From positions 1 to 62,499 of IMG/VR virus record IMGVR_UViG_3300049235_000005: a DNA stretch of 62,499 nucleotides; one strand, given 5' to 3'. Below, one piece after another: positions 30,210 through 37,952 of the stretch (the stretch's first letter is position 1; the number at the start of each line of letters is the position of its first letter). The position numbers and the translations under genes were made by a program. The notes under the pieces were generated by a model, which worked only from the letters and a program-made list of their open reading frames with translations, ran no database searches and was not told the DNA's origin. Source of the stretch: a virus. Its lineage: Duplodnaviria; Caudoviricetes.

Positions 30210-30458
30210 GTGATAGCGATGGTGAGTAGCATACCTAATGCGATAGACACGTGCGCGTGTGAGTGCGGGTTTGTAGTGACTGACTCAGCTACCGGCGCAG
30301 GCTTCTTCTGGTGTATCTGTGGAGAGAATAAGTCGTGTACGTGTGGCTGCGATCACTGTCACGAGTATCGCGCTAATCCTCACGACGTAGAGTGCCGCTA
30401 CTTTACTGCCTCACCGGCCACTAGCCAACACCCAACAGGGAGAGACGCTCAACCATGA
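30210..30458 (+). CDS. Small Cys-rich metal-binding protein
   Basis: CACECG...WCICG..SCTCGCDHCH. Confidence 0.5.
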   Translation: MIAMVSSIPNAIDTCACECGFVVTDSATGAGFFWCICGENKSCTCGCDHCHEYRANPHDVECRYFTASPATSQHPTGRDAQP

Positions 30459-30673
30459 CCCCGCTTACTTTCAAGCTCAGCAGCAACCTGCGCTATCGTG
30501 TGGTGGCCATTGGCACACGCTACCACTGGCTGGACCGGGCGACTAAGCTGCCTGTGCCATACGCCGATGGTAGTAAGGCGCGCTTCACTACCTTAGACGA
30601 GGCCATCGCCGCCTTCACTGAGGGTAAGCTCACGGTCAAGCAGAATGTCGAGCTTAAACAACCCGTAACATAA
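30455..30673 (+). CDS. Hypothetical protein
   Basis: ATGA-coupled 72-aa ORF. Confidence 0.55.
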   Translation: MTPLTFKLSSNLRYRVVAIGTRYHWLDRATKLPVPYADGSKARFTTLDEAIAAFTEGKLTVKQNVELKQPVT

Positions 30674-30783
30674 TGCCAATTATCAGACGTACTAGCTGTA
30701 GTAGTCGCTGGTAGTGGTCTACACTACACCTCGTGCCACCTCCCTGCTGCGTACTTCGCAGGTGGGCATGCGCTGGTTAGAGT

Positions 30784-30797
30784 GGGGGGGGGGGGGG
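30784..30797. repeat. G14 homopolymer
   Basis: agt-G14-tga in the gap between convergent genes. Confidence 0.9.
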
Positions 30798-30992
30798 TGA
30801 TGGTAGGTAACGGCGATAATGGCCCATGACGACTGCGACAAGTGCCGACGATCACCTCGACCCCCGGTAGCCGGGAGTTTGATCGCTGGGCCGGGGAGGC
30901 TGGGGGCAGCCGCAAACCTACGCGGCCTAGCTTTTCCCATCGCCGTTAACCCCGGTTAAACAAACCAATCGTCAATTTTTAGCTGGTGGAAT

Positions 30993-31364
30993 TTACAAAA
31001 AGGATAGTTAGCGTCCGATAACCATGAACGTAAATTTGCGATTCGCTGAATCCGGCTTCTTTAGCGGCACGAATCATATCCAGCGTACCCATAGAATCGG
31101 CATCCGGAATCGCCAGATTGGCCCCGCGCCGCGACCGTACATGCCCCACTTAGCTTTGATTGTTCGGAATGGTATTGAGTTGACTAGCGCCCATTGCTTT
31201 GCAAGGTAGTCAATACCGCCGATAATGGCCGTTTTCTCGGCGTTCCACGTCCGTTGACCACCTTCGATGACTTCGGTCACTGTGAATCCAGACTTTTTGA
31301 CCGCTTCTTCGACAATGGCCGGATCTGTGAATCGACGAGAGCCTGAGATTATAGTTATCATCAA
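30993..31364 (-). pseudogene. SLOG-family (DUF2493/YspA-like) gene with internal deletion and frameshift
   Basis: IISGSRRFTD...EVIEGG...GIDYLA..WA...KWGMYGRGAGPI in one frame; LAIPDADSMGTLDMIRAAKEAG in another; the usual RN..MA segment is missing. Confidence 0.7.
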
Positions 31365-31762
31365 CTAATTCAACGCCGCCCCTCTCAGTTTCACCTCCGC
31401 GTACACAGCCAGCGCGTGGATCATCGCATAACTCATCTCGTCCGGTGTCTCGGCAGTCAATTTGACGATTTCAGCCGCGTATTCGGGAATATGGCAGTCT
31501 TCAATCACGACGACGAGGGGCCACAGGGCGAGAGTAGGGCGATCGCTCAAAGCTTACGTCTCTCAACTTCTTCTGTGGGCATTGTGAATTGTAAAAACTT
31601 GTCATCATCAGTAGTGCCGTAAAACGCCCAACCCTGTTTCTTCCTGCGGCGAATCACTGCTTTATAGTCGGCACTTTTAGCAACGTAGTCACAAGTTCCG
31701 CCCCGTGCGCTGACACGCATTCCACCGTAAGCTTCCGCGATTCTCTGTAGCCCCTGACCCAT
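31365..31762 (-). other. Two small leftward genes (31547-31762 and 31365-31550) with their own promoter
   Basis: Minus-strand TGcTATAAT at 31771-31779, 8 nt before ATG 31762. Confidence 0.6.
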
Positions 31763-31814
31763 AATCAACGATTATAGCAACCATTCCCGTCATCCTGTTG
31801 TATCATCCTGACCG

Positions 31815-33449
31815 ATGCCCCGCCCCCGCCAACGTCGCCAACCCATCCTCGGCCCCAACTGGGAAACATGGCCCATTGAGGCCAAGCTGCAATGGCTGGA
31901 GCAACTGCGCGCACTGGACAAACCCGGCGAGCAGTTCAAGCGCACCTATCGCAACAACTACGTCGGGTTCGCCCACGACTGCATCACCTGGCCTGAAGGT
32001 GAAGGGTTGACGACCTACCAGGACGAGATCCTCACTGAGCTGCCCATCCGCCATAGGGTTGCTGTACGCGGGCCACACGGGCTGGGGAAAACCTGTCTCG
32101 CCGCTATCTCGCTCATCTGTTTCGCTACTACCTTTGACGGCGACGACTGGAAAATCCCCACCACGGCATCAGCATGGCGACAACTCAGCGAGTTCTTCTG
32201 GCCTGAGGTGCATAAGTGGGCCATGCGGGTGAAGTGGGACAAGGTGGGCAGACCGCAGTTCACTCAGTACGAACTCCAGACCATGCTGCTCAAGCTCACC
32301 ACCGGACGCGCGTTTGCAATGGCCTCGTCCGACGACGAACTAACCGAGGGCGCACACGCTGACCACCTGCTCTACGTGTTCGATGAGGCCAAAGCCATCC
32401 CGTCCGGTCGCTGGGACGCGGCTGAAGGTGCGCTGATGACAGGCGACACCTACGCGCTGGCTATCTCAACCCCCGGTGAGCCGCAGGGTCGCTTCTACGA
32501 CATCCACACGCACAAGCCGGGTTATGAGAACTGGTGGACGCGCCACGTCACGGTGGATGAGTGTATCGCCGCCGGACGCATCAAGCCACAGGACGTGGAG
32601 CAACTCGCCCGCCAGTGGGGTGAGAACTCAGCGGTGTTTAAGAATCGCGTGCTGGGTGAGTTTTGCGAGTCATCAGAGGACTGCGTGATCCCACTCGCGT
32701 GGATCGAGGCTGCCAACCGCCGCTGGGAGGAACGGATCGAGCTACTCGATCGCAACTGGAACTGGATCGAAGGGGCAAAACAGGGAACATGGCCCAAGTG
32801 GCGCTGGCGCTGTCCTCGACACGAAAGCTTCCAGTGTTCCTGCGACAACACACAGCCGCTTGTTTCGTTAGGCGTGGACATCGCGCGCTCCGACCTCGGC
32901 GATAAAACGGTTATTGCACGGCGACAGGGTCAGACGATCACCAAACTGGATCGTTACTCAATCGCGGACACGCAGCCCGTCGTCGGCTACGTTAGTAACC
33001 TTCTTGAGCGCAGCGAAGAAGTCTACGCAATGGTGGACGTAATCGGAATCGGCGCTGGGCCGTTTGACCAGTTACGTGAGAGGTTTAACCGCCGTGCGGT
33101 GCCGTTCAACGCGAGTGAGTCAACTGACATGAAAGACAGATCGAAAGAACTGGAGTTTGCTAACAAGCGAGCGGCGGCACTGTGGAATCTGCGAGAACTG
33201 CTAGATCCGGCGTTTGGTGCGACTATTGCTCTGCCGCCCTGCCCGTTACTACTAGGAGACCTGACTGCCCCACGTCGAGGACGTATGACAGCCAGCGGGA
33301 AGCTCACCGTGGAGTCGAAGGACGATATTCGCAAACGTATCGGCAGATCTACCGACGACGGTGACGCTGTCGTAATGGCCTTCTTTCCGCGTCGCAGGAT
33401 GGTTGAGCAAGTTGCGGTTGAGAGCTACTCGTACATGGAGTACGTGTAA
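31815..33449 (+). CDS. terL: Terminase large subunit
   Basis: VAVRGPHGLGKT Walker A, YVFDEAK Walker B, ISTP, RVLGEF, LGVDIAR, VDVIGIG, RSTDDGDAVVMAF. Confidence 0.95.
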   Translation: MPRPRQRRQPILGPNWETWPIEAKLQWLEQLRALDKPGEQFKRTYRNNYVGFAHDCITWPEGEGLTTYQDEILTELPIRHRVAVRGPHGLGKTCLAAISLICFATTFDGDDWKIPTTASAWRQLSEFFWPEVHKWAMRVKWDKVGRPQFTQYELQTMLLKLTTGRAFAMASSDDELTEGAHADHLLYVFDEAKAIPSGRWDAAEGALMTGDTYALAISTPGEPQGRFYDIHTHKPGYENWWTRHVTVDECIAAGRIKPQDVEQLARQWGENSAVFKNRVLGEFCESSEDCVIPLAWIEAANRRWEERIELLDRNWNWIEGAKQGTWPKWRWRCPRHESFQCSCDNTQPLVSLGVDIARSDLGDKTVIARRQGQTITKLDRYSIADTQPVVGYVSNLLERSEEVYAMVDVIGIGAGPFDQLRERFNRRAVPFNASESTDMKDRSKELEFANKRAAALWNLRELLDPAFGATIALPPCPLLLGDLTAPRRGRMTASGKLTVESKDDIRKRIGRSTDDGDAVVMAFFPRRRMVEQVAVESYSYMEYV

Positions 33450-33467
33450 AGGACCAGCAGGCCACTA

Positions 33468-33561
33468 ACAACTAAGGCCAGCTCAAGCTCACCTTGCGAG
33501 TTACCTGAACCGGCCTCAATCGTTTCACTTCATGGGTTGAAGTAACAGCGATCCTACCACG
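33468..33561 (-). ncRNA. Candidate small RNA, copy A
   Basis: TGgTAGGAT extended -10; ACTTCA/TGAAGT hairpin; long GAGGCCGGTTCAGG/CTTGAGCTGGCCTT hairpin; TAGTTGT tail. Confidence 0.45.
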
Positions 33562-33582
33562 GCTGGGAAAATCCGTCCAAAC

Positions 33583-33675
33583 ACAACTAGGGCCAGTCGG
33601 TCCCTCGATGAATCGACCAGCCCCGGTTGCGCTTATTTACGTCCACGATGGTGGAAGTGAGGTGATTGTAGCACG
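33583..33675 (-). ncRNA. Candidate small RNA, copy B (paralogue of A)
   Basis: TGcTACAAT extended -10; TCCAC/GTGGA hairpin; GGGCTGGTCG/CGACTGGCCC hairpin; TAGTTGT tail. Confidence 0.45.
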
Positions 33676-33784
33676 ATTAACCACAGTCTCCCAGCCCCGC
33701 CACCGAGAAAGACTCCCGCCTCACCGCTATCCGTGGTACAACACCACTGTTATGCCATCCCCCGTTTCTCATCGGATACGCTAA

Positions 33785-36592
33785 GTGGCTGGCGCGGTTC
33801 GTACCAGCGCCGTTGGCGGGTCGTCCACGGGTACCGCTGATCGTACCGCCACCATCACCCCTGCGTCAGGCGATCTCCTCGTCGTCTTCTGCTGCGTCGC
33901 CGCCAACGCCAACGACACACCCACTTGCTCCGATAACAACGGTGGGGGCACCTACGACCGCATCGACGTAATGAATTTCGCCATCGCAGCGGTGAACTAC
34001 CGGATGAGTGTGTTCATCCGCACGGCGCTGATGGTCAATACCACCTCGACCGTCGTGACCGTTGCCACGGGCAGCAATACTTCCGGCGCAGTCCACGTAC
34101 TAGCTCTCACCGGCGTAACCAAGCTGGGTGCCAACGCCGTCCGTAGCAAGGGCAAGCAGGACAACCAGGCGTCAGGTGGCACGCCCACTCCAGTACTCAA
34201 CCAGAACGCCCTCACTACCAACCCTACCCTCGTAGCCATCGGCAGCGCCGATACCACCACCACGCCCAACGCCTCGTGGACTGAGATTCAGGATACGAAC
34301 TTTGCCAACGACACGGTGGCGCTGGAAACGGCGTTTCGTGCCTCAGGTTTCACCGGCACGTCGATCCCGTGCGGCGCTACTCAGTCCAGTGCGTTCTGCT
34401 CCTTTGCGATGGAGTTGGACATCACAGCGGTGAGCGCGAGTCCCAGTCTCAGCCCCTCCGCTTCTGTTTCTCCTTCATCGTCCAACTCGCCTTCTGTCAG
34501 CCCGAGCCCCAGTGTTTCGCCCAGTTCCAGTAACTCGCCCAGCGTGTCGCCGAGTAGTTCGACCTCACCATCATCGTCAGTCAGTCCATCGCTGTCACCA
34601 TCGTCCTCCACTAGTCCCTCCTCGTCAGTTTCTCCCAGTGTCAGTCCGTCGTCGAGTGTCTCACCCAGTAGCAGCACCAGCCCGAGTGTTTCGCCATCGT
34701 CAAGCGTCTCCCCGTCAAGTTCGACCTCCCCCAGCGTGTCACCTAGCGCGTCCACCAGTCCCAGCAGCAGCGTCTCGCCCAGTACCTCGCCCAGCGAAAG
34801 TGAGAGTCCGTCACCCAGCGAGTCTCCCTCAGTCTCACCAAGCGAGAGCGTGTCTCCCAGCAGTAGCGCAAGCCCCTCGCCCGCACCTGTAACAACACTC
34901 GGGTTGAACTTCCGGCAAACGTCAGACTTCGTTGCCGATGACGTAGATCAAACTTACGTCATTAACGACTCCTACTCCACTCTCAGGGCAGGGTTCACTT
35001 TCGGGTATCAGTCACTTGGAGTCTTGCGCCGGAATCGATCCACCGGAGTTGACGTGCGACTGGCAGGTTGTCACGCCGCTCCCAACGAGGAAGAGACTGC
35101 CTATGTCTTTCGGGTAGATCTGCCCGCGACTGGAACTTATCAAATCAGCCTTGCTCTTGGAGATGCCAGTGCCGCTGGTCGTAGCTATCTTGCAATACGA
35201 GACAACGTTACTACTCTTTTCAGTCTTGGCCCAATTGATACCGCACCAGGTGAATTTGCCGACGCGGAAGGCGCGGTACACACTGCTGCAAACTGGCCTG
35301 TTAACAACGTTGCAGTTGAGTCCGTCTTCACTACCTCTATCCTACGGCTGATATTGGGCACCTCGTCTCCCGATATCGGCGAATCCGTCTTAGCGCATCT
35401 CTCGTTTGCGTTGGTGGAAGGCAGTCCATCATCCTCGGAGTCCCCCTCAATCTCCCCCAGTGCGAGCGTTAGTCCCTCGTCTTCAACGAGTCCAAGTGGC
35501 AGCGAGTCAGCGTCAACTTCTCCTTCACCTTCAGTCTCACCAAGTAGTAGTGTCAGTCCATCGCTGAGTCCATCACCCAGCCTCTCTCCATCGGCAAGCG
35601 AGAGTCCGAGTGTCAGTCCCAGTAGTTCAACGTCGCCGAGTTCGTCTACTTCACCGTCGCTCTCGCCAAGCAGTTCAGTATCGCCTTCATCAAGCGAATC
35701 CCTGTCCACTTCACCGTCGAGCAGCGGGAGTCCTAGTCCCAGCGTGTCGCCTTCGCTCAGCCCCAGTTCATCCACTTCGCCCAGCTCAAGCGAGAGTACA
35801 AGCGTTTCACCGTCGTCTTCAACCAGTCCATCAAGTTCCACGAGCCCCAGTGTCTCCCCGAGCGCGAGTCAGTCACCCTCGTCGTCCTCGTCACGCAGCG
35901 TCTCCCCGTCGTCGTCCAACAGTCCGTCATCCAGTGCCTCACCATCCATCAGCCCTTCGTCAAGCGTTAGTCCGTCATCGTCAACATCCGCCTCAGTATC
36001 ACCCTCTCCCTCACTCAGCCCCAGTGCCAGCGCGTCGCGCTCGGCCTCTCCTTCCGCTTCAACATCCCCATCCAGTTCATCATCCCTGTCACAATCCCCA
36101 AGCAGTTCCGCATCACCCTCCGCTTCCGAGAGTCCGAGCGTGTCGCCGAGTGGTAGCACGAGTCCAAGTAGTAGCGCCTCTGCCAGCGCGAGTCCGAGCG
36201 CTAGTACCAGCCCGAGTGGCTCCACTTCCCTGTCGCCGTCGCCAAGTGGGAGTGAGAGTGCGTCGGCGAGCAGTAGTCAGTCGCCGAGCGCAAGCGGTTC
36301 GTCGTCCCCGTCACCTAGTTCATCCACCAGTGCTAGTGAATCGCCATCGTCGAGCGTGAGCGCCAGTGAGTCCGCGTCCTTGTCGCCGTCATCCTCGCCA
36401 TCAGCCAGTCTCTCACCCAGCGAATCCCTCTCGCCCAGCTCATCCGCTTCATCCAGCCCCTCACCCAGCGCCCCACCTCCGCATCGCGTCACCGTGACGT
36501 TTAGTGCCCGACAGTCGCAGGTAACGATGGTTGGGCGTAGTGGCGGGGCGAGGTTCAGCGCGCGACAGGCGCGGGTTGAGTTCAGCGTGTAG
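33785..36592 (+). CDS. Mucin-like putative virion protein: two beta-rich domains and two long (Ser-X)n/Ser-Pro tracts
   Basis: Tracts at about 34433-34883 and 35423-36469; globular parts ITPASGDLLVVFC and FRVDLPATGTYQISLALGD; C-terminal FSARQ twice. Confidence 0.88.
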   Translation: MAGAVRTSAVGGSSTGTADRTATITPASGDLLVVFCCVAANANDTPTCSDNNGGGTYDRIDVMNFAIAAVNYRMSVFIRTALMVNTTSTVVTVATGSNTSGAVHVLALTGVTKLGANAVRSKGKQDNQASGGTPTPVLNQNALTTNPTLVAIGSADTTTTPNASWTEIQDTNFANDTVALETAFRASGFTGTSIPCGATQSSAFCSFAMELDITAVSASPSLSPSASVSPSSSNSPSVSPSPSVSPSSSNSPSVSPSSSTSPSSSVSPSLSPSSSTSPSSSVSPSVSPSSSVSPSSSTSPSVSPSSSVSPSSSTSPSVSPSASTSPSSSVSPSTSPSESESPSPSESPSVSPSESVSPSSSASPSPAPVTTLGLNFRQTSDFVADDVDQTYVINDSYSTLRAGFTFGYQSLGVLRRNRSTGVDVRLAGCHAAPNEEETAYVFRVDLPATGTYQISLALGDASAAGRSYLAIRDNVTTLFSLGPIDTAPGEFADAEGAVHTAANWPVNNVAVESVFTTSILRLILGTSSPDIGESVLAHLSFALVEGSPSSSESPSISPSASVSPSSSTSPSGSESASTSPSPSVSPSSSVSPSLSPSPSLSPSASESPSVSPSSSTSPSSSTSPSLSPSSSVSPSSSESLSTSPSSSGSPSPSVSPSLSPSSSTSPSSSESTSVSPSSSTSPSSSTSPSVSPSASQSPSSSSSRSVSPSSSNSPSSSASPSISPSSSVSPSSSTSASVSPSPSLSPSASASRSASPSASTSPSSSSSLSQSPSSSASPSASESPSVSPSGSTSPSSSASASASPSASTSPSGSTSLSPSPSGSESASASSSQSPSASGSSSPSPSSSTSASESPSSSVSASESASLSPSSSPSASLSPSESLSPSSSASSSPSPSAPPPHRVTVTFSARQSQVTMVGRSGGARFSARQARVEFSV

Positions 36593-36608
36593 TTCAATTA
36601 GAAAATTG

Positions 36609-36638
36609 TTGACAGGTTAGACAGACGTGCGTTACTAT
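36609..36638 (+). promoter_or_regulatory. Sigma70 promoter (leaderless-type)
   Basis: TTGACA-18 bp-TACTAT, 8 nt before ATG 36647. Confidence 0.65.
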
Positions 36639-36646
36639 CTCGTTTC

Positions 36647-36847
36647 ATGGTAATCGGACAGGTAATCTATAGCTGGCGACAGAAGCACGACATCGGTGTG
36701 CGTGAGATGGGCCAACGGCTGGGGCTGTCACACGGAACCGTCTCCCGGATTGAGCGCGGCGGTCAAGTTGATGCGGAGACGATGTTGAAGCTGGTCAACT
36801 GGCTATTCAGCGGGACCAACGGCACGCGGAAAGGGCGGGGGAAGTGA
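36647..36847 (+). CDS. XRE-family HTH regulator
   Basis: WRQKHDIGVREMGQRLGLSHGTVSRIERG. Confidence 0.88.
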   Translation: MVIGQVIYSWRQKHDIGVREMGQRLGLSHGTVSRIERGGQVDAETMLKLVNWLFSGTNGTRKGRGK

Positions 36848-37443
36848 CCAAAGCCGAGCGCGAACAACGTAGACAGTGGTTACTATTGGAGCCCTGCATT
36901 GGCGGTTGTCCGCACTTCAAACTGGAACGACGACTGTCGAAGCGACTGTTAAGCTGCGGCAAATGTCATCGTGAGAAATGCCTGAAACCAGCACGGAGCC
37001 CGAGCGATGAGTGAGCGGGATGACGGGGATCGCGTGTTTTACCTACTGCTTGTGTTTATCGCCGTAATCGCGCTGAGCTTAAACGCTAAAGGATGCATGG
37101 ATAAGCAGGAGTTGAGCGGTGAACTACGCGACCTCCAGCGGAGAGTGGGCCAGCTAGAAACGGAGCGACGGTGAGCAAGGGTCTTTGCGAATGCGGCAGA
37201 CCGATCTTCGTGGTGAAGTACTGCCGTCCTATGTGGTCCCTTGTGTTGGCGACTATAATCGTTGCGGGTGTCACGCTGGTGTTTCTTGTGGCCTTAATAG
37301 GATTGCTGGTAAGGCAGTCGCGATGAACCAATTCGAAACTGAAGGCCCAACGCTGAGCGAGGTTGCCGTGTTCCTTGCGCTCGTTGTCGGCGTGGTGATG
37401 CTGTGGTATGCAGCGTGTTGATTGACGGATTGATAACTTGAAC

Positions 37444-37629
37444 TTGCGCGGGCGCATTGAGGGCGGTGCGGACAACCGTTTATGGCTATCGGATGATTAA
37501 GCATTACAACGGGTAGCCAGCCGAGCGACCTGAACGCCCACGCAACCAGACCCACGAGACTCCCTTACGCTGCCTGTGGGAGGGCCAGCGGCGGGTTTTC
37601 ATTGAGCCCGTTCCCGAGGGGGTCTCGTG
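37444..37629 (+). ncRNA. Candidate two-domain structured RNA
   Basis: Closing stems TTGCGCGGGCG/CGCCCACGCAA and CACGAGACTCCCT/AGGGGGTCTCGTG, each enclosing two hairpins. Confidence 0.45.
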
Positions 37630-37952
37630 ATTGATTGATACAGAGGACTGTGATGGACGACGACGACAATAAACCTCTCTGGCATTGGGAGTACTTCTAC
37701 TGCGAGATTACGATCCCCAACGACGTGGTCACTAGCCGTCAGTCGGAAGTAACCTGTCCCGAATGTCGGCAAAAACTCGAACAAGTTAAACGGAGACGAA
37801 GTGGCTGAACTCTCCGTAGCAATTCAGGCTGTCAGCCTTGCGTGCGCCGTAGCCGGGGCTGTCGTCAATCAGCGGACTCGTCCACATTTGAAACTGTACC
37901 TTTGGGTGGCCGCATACTCGTTAGTTAATTTTGCCGATATAATCAGGAAAAT

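Noticed and set aside
33590-33625. Y-RNA-like stem (GGCTGGTC...GACTGGCC)
   Set aside because: Lacks the bulged-C Ro-binding helix and no Ro60 homologue is encoded
34433-36469. Possible CRISPR array or DNA tandem repeat
   Set aside because: No constant repeat-spacer unit; the repetition is at amino-acid level with scrambled codons
34381-36597. Antisense and alternate-frame ORFs over the SP tracts (GETL/GLAL- or Arg/Pro-rich; also 831-1205, 47829-48224, 60376-60798)
   Set aside because: Shadows of Ser/Pro codon repeats that lack stops in those frames; no RBS or promoter support
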